From Sediminibacterium sp. (GTDB lineage Bacteria > Bacteroidota > Bacteroidia > Chitinophagales > Chitinophagaceae): a stretch of DNA of 37,643 bases. Positions 26,833 through 35,581 of this stretch are shown here, piece by piece (positions within the stretch are counted from its first letter, which is position 1; every line of letters starts with the position of its first letter). The stretch is taken from positions 1 to 37,643 of the forward strand of contig DAIMYK010000001.1 in the NCBI GenBank assembly GCA_036734525.1. The letters are read 5' to 3'. The position numbers and the translations under genes are program-made. The notes beneath the pieces were generated by a model, which saw nothing but the letters and a program-made list of their open reading frames with translations, searched no databases and was not told the DNA's origin.

Positions 26833-29800
26833 TTATGCTTCCTTTTTTTCTTCTATGTTTCTCACTTTCGCCAGATAGGTTACGTTCGGTAACACGTGTA
26901 ATTGCTCGAGAACGTAAAACTGACGGTTGGGATTTTCTTTCCGGCTAATGCTAATAGCACTATGGCTATCATTAGCATTACCAAATACAATAGCCTCTGT
27001 AGGACATGCCTGCTGACAAGCTACTTTGATATCACTATCTGACAACGGACGGCTTTCCTTCTTGGCCTTCAATTTGCTTTCCTGCAAACGCTGGATACAG
27101 AAAGAACATTTTTCAATCACACCTCTGGAGCGAACCGTAACATCCGGATTCAGCACCATGCGGGTAAGATCATCGTTCATTTCCAATACCACATCATTTA
27201 CAATGCCGCGCTGATTATCACCAAAGCTGTCAGCACCTGTATAATCAGCCCAGTTAAAGCGACGTACTTTATAAGGACAGTTGTTCGCGCAATAACGGGT
27301 TCCAATACAACGGTTGTAAGTCATCTGGTTGATGCCTTCACTGCTGTGGTTGGTGGCAGCCACCGGACAAACATTCTCGCAAGGAGCGTTATCACAATGC
27401 TGACACATCAAAGGCTGGAATACAACATTTGGATTATCCATATCACCACTGTAATAGCGGTCAATACGCAACCAATGCATTTCATGCCCACGCAGTACTT
27501 CGGGCTTACCTACTACAGATACGTTGTTCTCTGCAGAACAAGCTACAACGCAAGCACCGCAACCATTACATGCATTGAGGTCTACGCTCATGCCCCAGCG
27601 AATACCGGGACGATCATATACCGGATAAATAGTACCCTGCTTCTCAAAATTTTCCAGTCCGCCCCAGGGTTCCAGTTCTTTTTGGCGCTCCTCACGGATT
27701 TCAGTCGGATGATGCTTGTATTCCGCCAGCGTCAATTCCTTCATCACTTCAGTTCTATTGCCCTGGTCTGTATCGTAACGATTGTGTGTTTGTGTGAGTG
27801 CAACCGGATAAGTAGCACCGGTTACAGATATTTCCGCATTCAACTGATGTCTGCTAACAGTTGTTCCTTCCACGGCAGTGAAAGGATAGGCATTTTTACC
27901 TGTTCCAATCACAGACTTACCCAGCTTTTCACTTCTTCCATACCCCAAAGCGATACCGATGGTATCAGGATGGGTACCCGGAATAATCAAGGCGGGGAGT
28001 TCAACAGACTGACCATTGCAGGTTACTTTCACCACCTTTTTCGGAGGGTTTACTTCGTAAGCGTCTGCCTGACCACCATTATTCAGATCTATCTGCAACA
28101 ATTTTCTGGCCATGGCAGGTGAAACAATAACATAGTTGTCCCAGGTAGCACGAGTCACCGGATCGGGTAATTCCTGTAACCATGGGTTAGCAGTTCCCTG
28201 ACCGGCACCGATAGCGATTTTTTCATACAAAGCCAACTCTATGGTACCCCCTTTCTTAGCAGAGGAAAGAGCAGAGACAGCAGCAGCAACCGCGGCACCA
28301 TTGAAAGAGGCACCACCAACTGAAACTGAGGCAGGATTCAACACCCCTTCCTGCAGGGCTTTGTCCCAACCTGTATCACCACCCAATTTTGCACCCCAGA
28401 AATTTTTCAGGAGCGTCAGGTAATCAGAGCTGGCACCTGCCCATTTGAGCAGACTATCCTGCCACTGACGCGTTTTGAAAAGCGGATAAATGGTAGGTTG
28501 TATAAAAGAGTAGTATCCGGATTTAGGTTCAGCATCACCCCAACTTTCCAGGAAGTGATGATCAGGAACTACGATGCGACACAATTCAGTGGTCTCATCG
28601 AGTTTACCGGCAAATGAAATAGTTGTTTTAACCTTTTTTAGTGCTTCGCGGAAAGCATTGGCCTGTGGCCAGGTGTAGGCAGGATTAGCACCATGTACCA
28701 AAAGAGTATCCACTTTACCGGCAGCCATATCAGCTACCAGCTGAGCCATATCGGCATCAATTCCCTGGCGAACCTGAAGAGTGGTAGCCCAGTTGATAGT
28801 TGAACCATTGGCACCAATTGCCTGGTTGATTGCGTTTACCACCAACTGTACATTCACATCATTGCTCTGGCATACTACCAGGGCAGCGCCTTTAGAAGCC
28901 AATAATGTAGCGGCAGTTTTTTGTATTGCTTTTTTGATAGCGGCATCAGCGATACCGGTTACTTCCTGACCATTGATAGCACTGAGCAGTGCTACTGCCA
29001 CCGCTCCGGTTTCAGAAGGACGAATCAAGAATTTCTCATCTGCATTGGATCCGGTCAATGAAGGCACACTTTCAAAATGAATGTGACGACTCATATCCGG
29101 TTGCTTCTCGTTGATCTTTTTTCCTACTGCATAATGACGAGCATATTCTATGGGGGAGAGCCAGGTACCCAGGAAATCTGCCTGAATACTAACAATCACA
29201 CGGGCTTTGTCAAAATGATAAGAAGGAATGGCTTTTTTTCCAAAGGTAGACTCATTGGCAAGCAACATGCCGGAATAAGAAATAGCATCGTAGGTTACCC
29301 ATTTACTTCCGGGATATTTAGCCAGGAATTGACTGATAGCTTCACGGGTGGTAGGAGAAGAGATGGTACTTGTTAACAGCACTACATTTCCTCCAATAGC
29401 TTTGGCAGCTTCTTTGTCCACTGCTTCGAAAGTCGCTTCCTGACCATTGATCAGCGGGAAACGAAGACGGGCAGTATCATATAAGTCAAGAACAGAAGCC
29501 TGCACACGGGCAGAGGTACCATTTCCGGTAATCGGACTCAGGTCATTACCTTCAATCTTGATGGGGCGACCATCACGCACTTTTGCCAATATGGAAACAG
29601 CATCTCCGTCGTGCACAAAAGAAGATGCATTAAATTTGGCTATACCGGGAACATATTCTTCGGGCTTATTGGCCAGAGGAATGGCTTTTTTAACGGGGAT
29701 TTCGCAACTGGCGGCTGCAGCAGCGGCAGCAGTAGAGAATCCAAGATATTTCAGGAAGTCACGGCGGGGCGCTTTAGCTTCCAGCCAACCGGAATTATCC

Positions 29801-29904
29801 TCAACAGCAGGCAATTCTTCCCTGAATTCATCTTTTACATCCTTGTTGTAAGCAGCAGACTGATTCAGCTCACCGAAACTCTGCCAATGCTTTTTTTGCT
29901 CCAT
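26833..29904 (-). CDS. actB: Alternative complex III subunit ActB (molybdopterin-oxidoreductase-like plus Fe-S domain, Tat lipoprotein)
   Basis: Tat motif RRDFLK followed by AAASC, GRPIKIEGN, and Fe-S motifs CNGCGACVVAC, CQHCDNAPCENVCP, CIGTRYCANNCPY, KCSFC and CQQACP. Confidence 0.94.
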   Translation of the reverse strand: MEQKKHWQSFGELNQSAAYNKDVKDEFREELPAVEDNSGWLEAKAPRRDFLKYLGFSTAAAAAAASCEIPVKKAIPLANKPEEYVPGIAKFNASSFVHDGDAVSILAKVRDGRPIKIEGNDLSPITGNGTSARVQASVLDLYDTARLRFPLINGQEATFEAVDKEAAKAIGGNVVLLTSTISSPTTREAISQFLAKYPGSKWVTYDAISYSGMLLANESTFGKKAIPSYHFDKARVIVSIQADFLGTWLSPIEYARHYAVGKKINEKQPDMSRHIHFESVPSLTGSNADEKFLIRPSETGAVAVALLSAINGQEVTGIADAAIKKAIQKTAATLLASKGAALVVCQSNDVNVQLVVNAINQAIGANGSTINWATTLQVRQGIDADMAQLVADMAAGKVDTLLVHGANPAYTWPQANAFREALKKVKTTISFAGKLDETTELCRIVVPDHHFLESWGDAEPKSGYYSFIQPTIYPLFKTRQWQDSLLKWAGASSDYLTLLKNFWGAKLGGDTGWDKALQEGVLNPASVSVGGASFNGAAVAAAVSALSSAKKGGTIELALYEKIAIGAGQGTANPWLQELPDPVTRATWDNYVIVSPAMARKLLQIDLNNGGQADAYEVNPPKKVVKVTCNGQSVELPALIIPGTHPDTIGIALGYGRSEKLGKSVIGTGKNAYPFTAVEGTTVSRHQLNAEISVTGATYPVALTQTHNRYDTDQGNRTEVMKELTLAEYKHHPTEIREERQKELEPWGGLENFEKQGTIYPVYDRPGIRWGMSVDLNACNGCGACVVACSAENNVSVVGKPEVLRGHEMHWLRIDRYYSGDMDNPNVVFQPLMCQHCDNAPCENVCPVAATNHSSEGINQMTYNRCIGTRYCANNCPYKVRRFNWADYTGADSFGDNQRGIVNDVVLEMNDDLTRMVLNPDVTVRSRGVIEKCSFCIQRLQESKLKAKKESRPLSDSDIKVACQQACPTEAIVFGNANDSHSAISISRKENPNRQFYVLEQLHVLPNVTYLAKVRNIEEKKEA

Positions 29905-30001
29905 AATGTAATCCAGCTCCCCGGAGGGATACATTTAAAACCGTTACTTAATATATTTCAACACTTCAATGACATTCTTCCCTTGCGGAAGAAATGACTT
30001 A

Positions 30002-31255
30002 TTAATAATGACATTTTTGACACTCAGTACCACCGATCTTCTCCACAGTAATTCCACGTGTACTATCCAGTTTACCGCTTTTCAGGTCCTGGTGGTATTT
30101 TTCATAAATACTGTAAAAACCATTGTCCTTGAACTGAACCTTGGTCTCGCGGTGACAATTCACGCACCAGCCCATGCTCAGGTTAGAGAACTGCTTTACC
30201 TCATCCATCTTCTGGATCTCTCCATGGCAGGTTTGACAGGCTACTTTACCGGCATTCACGTGCTGAGCATGGTTGAAGTAAACGTGGTCGGGAAGATTGT
30301 GGATCCTCACCCACTCTATGGGCTTGGCTGCTGAAGGATCCCAAGGTTTGCCCTCCACAAAGCCTGCATATTTGTATAATTTCTTGATTTCATTGGTGCC
30401 GTCAATTTCCTTTCCATCCTCGCTGTAAAGTTTTTCACCTTTGTATTCATTGATTGCCTGGTGACAATTCATACAAACATTAACGGAAGGAATAGTGGCT
30501 TGCTTGCCTTGGTAAACACCTATGTGACAATACTGACAATTGATCTGATTGATGCCTGCATGCACTTTGTGGGAATAATAGATAGGCTGCTCGGGCTGAT
30601 AATCGGTGCTGCGACCCAGGTTCATGGCACCTTTAGTAGTGTAATACCCCCCTACCAGGAAATGTATGATGGAGAGGAATGCGATGTTGCTCTTATTGCG
30701 GAAGAAGGAAACCGGCTTCTCAGGTGCAATGCCCTGCTTCTCATCGGTCATCTTTTTCAAATTGGAATTCACCTGCAACAGTGTAAGGGCTACCACAGCG
30801 AGTATAAGGGTCAACACACCAAACAAAAGGGAATTATCTCCTTCCTGAGCAGCAACTGTGGCAGCGGCGCCGCCGGGAGCAGCGGCTCCGGGTGCAGGTA
30901 CTGACTTAATATAAGCGAGCATAGCATCGATTTCCTGATCGGTTAGATTAGGAAAAGCTGTCATCGCGACTTTGTTGTATTCGTTGTACAGGTTGTTGGC
31001 ATAGGCATCTCCTGTTTTCAGAAAAGCGGCACTATTCCTAATCCATGCATACAAGTTTTTCTTGTTGGACCAACGCTCCTCAACTCCTGCCAGTGCAGGT
31101 CCTGTAAGTTTTTTGTGTACCTGGTGGCAGGACGCACAATTGGTCTGGAACAGAGTTTTCCCATCCTGGGCATTCACTGTAAAGCCGGCAAAAAAACCAG
31201 CGAACAATATAAATGTAGAGACAAAATAACGGGTAAGACGATAGGTGGATTGCAT
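30002..31255 (-). CDS. actA: Alternative complex III multiheme cytochrome c ActA (monoheme plus pentaheme domains)
   Basis: Six CxxCH motifs (CASCH, CQYCH, CMNCH, CQTCH, CVNCH, CQKCH). Start set at MQSTY, downstream of the -7 box. Confidence 0.92.
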   Translation of the reverse strand: MQSTYRLTRYFVSTFILFAGFFAGFTVNAQDGKTLFQTNCASCHQVHKKLTGPALAGVEERWSNKKNLYAWIRNSAAFLKTGDAYANNLYNEYNKVAMTAFPNLTDQEIDAMLAYIKSVPAPGAAAPGGAAATVAAQEGDNSLLFGVLTLILAVVALTLLQVNSNLKKMTDEKQGIAPEKPVSFFRNKSNIAFLSIIHFLVGGYYTTKGAMNLGRSTDYQPEQPIYYSHKVHAGINQINCQYCHIGVYQGKQATIPSVNVCMNCHQAINEYKGEKLYSEDGKEIDGTNEIKKLYKYAGFVEGKPWDPSAAKPIEWVRIHNLPDHVYFNHAQHVNAGKVACQTCHGEIQKMDEVKQFSNLSMGWCVNCHRETKVQFKDNGFYSIYEKYHQDLKSGKLDSTRGITVEKIGGTECQKCHY

Positions 31256-31302
31256 AGTCTGTACTGTGGTTCTTGGTGTGGAAAAAATTCCGTGAACGGG
31301 GG

Positions 31303-31310
31303 CAAAAATA
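31303..31310 (-). promoter_or_regulatory. Bacteroidota -7 promoter box (TATTTTTG) of the act-cox operon
   Basis: Exact TAnnTTTG on the minus strand, 47 nt upstream of the actA ATG. Confidence 0.55.
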
Positions 31311-31484
31311 GTGCAGGAAAATGACAAAATAAAAATGAATCTGTTTTTTTTCCTTGCGGCAGGAATGGTTACAATCAATTCATTGTCATATTGCATAACA
31401 ATTTCTTTATAATTCAATTAAACATTTATGCGAATTACCGATTTGTTGACGGCTTCTTAACGTTTTTTACCTCAATTTTGCCGA

Positions 31485-32366
31485 ATGTTCAAGCGGCTGC
31501 AACAAAAGTGGGGACTCAGCACTAAAACCTTCTGGATCGTTTTTCTGGCATTCGGCTTAACCGGTACTACGACTGCGTTTCTGACCAGGTATGTTACCCG
31601 TTGGCTCGGCATGGATGCGAATAGTGAATGGTATTTCCGGCTGGGGGTTCGTCTTTTCATGCTCTTGATCGGGTATCAGGTCATCTTACTTAGCTTCGGT
31701 GCCTTACTGGGCCAATGGGCTTTTTTCTGGAAATATGAAGTCAAGCTACTCCGAAAACTGAGAATCCTTCCCCCCGAATCAACAAAAATAAATCTGGCCA
31801 TCTTCGCCTCCGGATCAGGAACCAATGCCCGCCGCATCATGGAATATTTCCATGGTCACAAGCAAATAGCTGTAGCTCTGCTGGTTTGTAACAAGCCGGG
31901 AGCAGGTGCCATCGCACATGCGGAAAAATGGGGCATTCCGGTATTGATGATAGAAAAAGAGCGCTTTTTCAGAGGAGATGCTTATCTATCTGTCTTACAA
32001 CAACACCGCATAGGTTGGATTGCACTGGCGGGCTTTCTCTGGAAGGTACCCGAGCAACTAGTAGCTTCTTATGCAGGAAAAATGGTCAATATTCACCCCG
32101 CGCTATTGCCCAATTATGGTGGTAAGGGCATGTATGGTGAGCATGTACATACTGCCGTGCTTTCAGCAGGGGAAAAAGAAAGTGGCATATCGAATCATCT
32201 CGTCAATGAACATTTTGATGAAGGAGAAATACTTTTTCAGGCCAATTGTCCGATAGACCCCTCTGATACACCCGAAAGCCTGGCTAAAAAAATCCATGAG
32301 CTGGAGTACCGACATTATGCTCCGGTGATAGAGAAAACGATTCTTTCTTCAGGTGCTTCTCAATAA
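31485..32366 (+). CDS. purN: Phosphoribosylglycinamide formyltransferase with an N-terminal two-TM (DUF6787-like) domain
   Basis: AIFASGSGTN, LAGFL, NIHPALLP...GMYG and FDEG motifs begin at about residue 100. The N-terminal part is hydrophobic (RLQQKWG...AFGLTGTTT...YQVILL..GALLGQWAFFWKYE). Confidence 0.92.
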   Translation: MFKRLQQKWGLSTKTFWIVFLAFGLTGTTTAFLTRYVTRWLGMDANSEWYFRLGVRLFMLLIGYQVILLSFGALLGQWAFFWKYEVKLLRKLRILPPESTKINLAIFASGSGTNARRIMEYFHGHKQIAVALLVCNKPGAGAIAHAEKWGIPVLMIEKERFFRGDAYLSVLQQHRIGWIALAGFLWKVPEQLVASYAGKMVNIHPALLPNYGGKGMYGEHVHTAVLSAGEKESGISNHLVNEHFDEGEILFQANCPIDPSDTPESLAKKIHELEYRHYAPVIEKTILSSGASQ

Positions 32367-32442
32367 TTCCTTCCCATTTTGGCTAAAAACAGGGAAATTG
32401 CTGAGAACAAACAGTAATTTTCTATTTCTTAAACCATTTGCC

Positions 32443-33723
32443 ATGAAAAAAATGCTCCTGTTGTGGATATATGCCAGCGTAATTGGTACGCTGACTGCAC
32501 AATCAACCTTACCAACTGTTGCTCCAGAAACTGTCGGGTTCTCCACCCCCAGACTTGAGCGCATTAATAAGCTGATACAGGAATACATGGACAGCAACTG
32601 GATTGAAGGTGCTATTGCTCTCGTAGCTCGGGATGGTAAAATAGTGTACCACCAGGCTGTGGGATATGATAACAAAGCTTCCGGAAAAAAATTACAAAAA
32701 GATGCCATCTGGAGAATTGCCTCTCAAACCAAGGCGATTACCAGTGTAGCCATTATGCAACTTTATGAGCAGGGAGCTCTGTTGCTGGATGATGCAATCA
32801 GCAAGTATATCCCACCTTTTAAAAAGCCGGTGGTATTGCAATCCTTTAATAAAGCAGACACCAGCTATACAACGGTACCTGCCAATCGGGAGATTACCAT
32901 ACGAGACTTGCTCACGCACACTTCAGGTATCGGATATGCACAAATAGGAAGTGAAACCATGAATGCTATTTATGCGAAGGCAGGTGTTGTAGGAGGAATT
33001 GGTTTGCAAGGGGGCATACAACGTGACAACATATTGCGGCTGGCATCATTGCCGCTCGTGCATCAGCCGGGAGAAAAATTCACATATGGACTGAATACGG
33101 ATGTGCTTGGTTACATTGTTGAGGTAGTGAGCGGCTTGTCGCTCGATGCTTATTTTAAGCAATTCATTTTTGAGCCGCTGGGTATGAATGACACATATTT
33201 TTATATACCACCAATTAAGCAAAATCGCCTGGCCATGTTGCACATGAGTGATAAAAATAACCGTGTGGTGAACTGCCCTGAAGAAATTATGGTGAATGGA
33301 AAATTTTACCGTGACTATCCCAATCAGTCCGGCGGCACATTTCACTCGGGAGGAGGCGGACTTGTATCCACTGCGTATGATTATGCTTTGTTCATGCAAA
33401 TGTTACTGAATGGCGGACAACTGAACGGCAAGCAAATAATTAGTCGGAACAGCATTCGGTTGATGACTACCAATCAATTGGGAGATAAGAGCATGGGAAG
33501 GGCGTCTAAATTCGGACTGGGTTTCCAGGTGATCACCCCTGCTGATGCTGCCAGCAATACTGTTTCGGAAGGGACTTTTAGCTGGGGCGGCATGTTTGCT
33601 TCCTCATTTTGGATAGATCCCAAAGAAAAGATTGTTGCACAATTTGTGTTGCAACAATATCCCTTCACACATGGTGAACTGGCAGAGAAGTTTAAGTCCG
33701 TTGTTTACCAGGCACTGCGCTAA
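32443..33723 (+). CDS. Secreted serine hydrolase (beta-lactamase/class C-like family)
   Basis: Signal peptide MKKMLLLW, SxxK (ASQTK), LLTHTSG, PGEKFTY and WGG...FWIDP motifs. Confidence 0.92.
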   Translation: MKKMLLLWIYASVIGTLTAQSTLPTVAPETVGFSTPRLERINKLIQEYMDSNWIEGAIALVARDGKIVYHQAVGYDNKASGKKLQKDAIWRIASQTKAITSVAIMQLYEQGALLLDDAISKYIPPFKKPVVLQSFNKADTSYTTVPANREITIRDLLTHTSGIGYAQIGSETMNAIYAKAGVVGGIGLQGGIQRDNILRLASLPLVHQPGEKFTYGLNTDVLGYIVEVVSGLSLDAYFKQFIFEPLGMNDTYFYIPPIKQNRLAMLHMSDKNNRVVNCPEEIMVNGKFYRDYPNQSGGTFHSGGGGLVSTAYDYALFMQMLLNGGQLNGKQIISRNSIRLMTTNQLGDKSMGRASKFGLGFQVITPADAASNTVSEGTFSWGGMFASSFWIDPKEKIVAQFVLQQYPFTHGELAEKFKSVVYQALR

Positions 33724-33724
33724 A

Positions 33725-33934
33725 CTAATTATTCTTCCTCTCGCAGGTATTCATACCCAGCACGGTGTATAGCGGACAAAAACTGACCAGCGAGGTGAGA
33801 AGAAATACACCTGCCACGGCGAGAGCAAGATATCCCCAAGTACCGGTGATTGTTTTGGTATAAAACAATGCCGCCAATACAATTGCAATAAAGACGCGGA
33901 TGATTTTGTCGGTAGTGCCCATGTTCTTTTTCAT
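33725..33934 (-). CDS. DUF2892 (YgaP-like) small membrane protein
   Basis: KNMGTTDKIIR and FCPLYTVLGMNTC signature. Confidence 0.9.
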   Translation of the reverse strand: MKKNMGTTDKIIRVFIAIVLAALFYTKTITGTWGYLALAVAGVFLLTSLVSFCPLYTVLGMNTCERKNN

Positions 33935-33968
33935 AGCGTAAGATGTTGGTGAATGAAATAATTGACCA

Positions 33969-34011
33969 CAAAGCTATGGGACTGTTACGGGCAGGAAAAT
34001 GACAAAAGTCA
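33969..34011 (-). promoter_or_regulatory. Promoter of the DUF2892 gene: -7 box TAGCTTTG plus upstream TGAC-N4-GTCA palindrome
   Basis: TAnnTTTG at 33969-33976 (minus strand) and TGACAAAAGTCA at 34000-34011. Confidence 0.5.
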
Positions 34012-34021
34012 CAAAAAGGAA

Positions 34022-34672
34022 TTATCCCGGCATCCGGGAAATGTATTTTTCGATTTCTTTTACCTGATCGTCCACCTGCTGTGTTTTAGGCTTACAGGCT
34101 TTGGCTTTCCGAAAGAATTCTTTAGCGGCTTTGAATTCACGCTTGTTCATGAAGATCTGGCACATGGCAAGGTAGGCAACTGCCTCACTTTCTTTATCTG
34201 GAACGCCGGCACGGATGGCAGCGCGCATATAGGATTCAGCTTGTTTCAGATCGCCTCATTGTAAGGCCATCATTCCCTATTGTAATTTATTAGAACCCTC
34301 CGCCTCGGGCATAGCAGCTCCCAGGTCGGCACTTTTCTTGAGGTGCTGTTCGGCGGTGGTGAAATCCTGCTTCATCATAGCCAGGTTACCCAATACTGTA
34401 AAATAGGTAGAGCGAACAGGTTTATAGAGTAAGTTGGGAAACCAGATGGTTTTTAGGATTTTTTCTACTTCCTCGATATCGCCGGCTTCCATGGGGCCCT
34501 GGATAAGGCGCATTGGACCGATGAAAAAATGACTGGCGATGGCCACAAAACCCAGGAAATACAAGACAAAGGATGGCCAGAAGCCGGAGCTGATATTAAC
34601 CCAGATTGCGAGGGCAAATGACAGCAATCCCAGCCAGAAACGGTAGCGTATTAATAAATTATAGAATTTCAT
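34022..34672 (-). CDS. Membrane-anchored TPR-like protein (in-frame TAG at 34277-34279 and TGA at 34256-34258)
   Basis: Two N-terminal TM helices then TPR-like helices. ORFs 34277-34672 and 34022-34228 share one frame and join as NKLQ*GMMALQ*GDLKQAESYMRAAIRAG. A TATCTTTG box lies at 34691-34698. Confidence 0.75.
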
Positions 34673-34723
34673 AAGTTCGGTTCAGGCCGGCAAAGATAAG
34701 TAATTCAGCAGGGGATTTGATGA

Positions 34724-35191
34724 TTATTGCCTGGCATCATTGATTTCGATATAGTAGCCGTCCGGGTCCCGGATCCACACCTGTTGAACACCGTCAACGC
34801 GCGTGGTGACATTTCCTTTTTCTCCCTGAGCATTATAGTAGGTAATGCTTTTTTTTCGGAGTTTTTCAACGAATTCGGTGGTAGATTCAACGCTGAAGCA
34901 CATATGGTTATTGAGGAAGTATTCTTTAGGTTCCTGAGCGCCCTGAATGATGTGGAGGGCGATGCCGGGACCGATGGAAAACCAGGCATGTCGATTGTCG
35001 TGAAAAGGTTCGGGCAGGGTATCGAAGGCAAAGAGCTCGCTGTAAAAGGAAGCAGATTTCTGTACATCAACGACGAAGATAGCCAGGTGATTCAGTCGCG
35101 CTTTTGGTCGGTTTGGCGGTGCTTGGGAAAAACACGCAGTAGAAAAAAGGCAGAACAGAATAAGTAGAAGACACAGATATTTTTTATCCAT
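34724..35191 (-). CDS. VOC/glyoxalase family protein with signal peptide
   Basis: LNHLAIFVVDVQKSASFY, HMCFSV and IRDPDGYYIEIN motifs. Confidence 0.9.
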   Translation of the reverse strand: MDKKYLCLLLILFCLFSTACFSQAPPNRPKARLNHLAIFVVDVQKSASFYSELFAFDTLPEPFHDNRHAWFSIGPGIALHIIQGAQEPKEYFLNNHMCFSVESTTEFVEKLRKKSITYYNAQGEKGNVTTRVDGVQQVWIRDPDGYYIEINDARQ

Positions 35192-35298
35192 AAAAAATCT
35201 TTGGTAGTGAATACTTAAAGTTGATACAGTTTTATAAAGAGGAAGTTAGCTAAAACTGCTTGCACTTTCATTCTATTGCTTATAAGTAGAGGAAACAC

Positions 35299-35306
35299 TA
35301 TTTTTG
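35299..35306 (+). promoter_or_regulatory. -7 promoter box (TATTTTTG) for tRNA-Arg
   Basis: Exact TAnnTTTG ending 38 nt upstream of the tRNA. Confidence 0.55.
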
Positions 35307-35344
35307 CCATTCGGCTGAAGTCATTTACTGGCTTATATACGATT

Positions 35345-35416
35345 GGCCCTGTAGTTAAATGGATATAACCAGCGTTTCCTAAACGTTAATTCCAAGTTCG
35401 ATTCTTGGCGGGGCTA
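35345..35416 (+). tRNA. tRNA-Arg (anticodon CCT), CCA not encoded
   Basis: Acceptor GGCCCTG/CGGGGCT, anticodon arm AGCGT-TTCCTAA-ACGTT, T arm CCAAG-TTCGATT-CTTGG. Confidence 0.95.
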
Positions 35417-35441
35417 CATTAAAATTTTAATACAACTATCT

Positions 35442-35540
35442 ATGCTGACATGTGTGATACGCATATCGTCAGCACATACGCCACAGGCGGATTGTCAGCA
35501 TCGGGACTACCAAATCCTTGGCACTTGTCAGGGATTGTAA
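35442..35540. repeat. Cluster of inverted repeats (REP-like) downstream of tRNA-Arg
   Basis: ATGCTGACA 35442-35450 can pair with GTCAGCA 35468-35474 or with TGTCAGCAT 35493-35501. A second hairpin AATCCTTGGCA/TGTCAGGGATT spans 35513-35536. Confidence 0.5.
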
Positions 35541-35581
35541 TTTAGACAAAGTTTGAACTAACTACTCTATAGTTTTTTCAA

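Noticed and set aside
27346..28122. 258-aa plus-strand ORF and the many other antisense ORFs across the respiratory cluster
   Set aside because: Shadow frames opposite well-supported genes, with no recognisable domains.
31256..31417. Long N-terminal extension of ActA in the ORF track (similar extensions for MarR, ACAD, DUF420 and the serine hydrolase)
   Set aside because: The extensions run through promoter boxes or overlap neighbouring genes. Downstream ATGs give family-typical N-termini.
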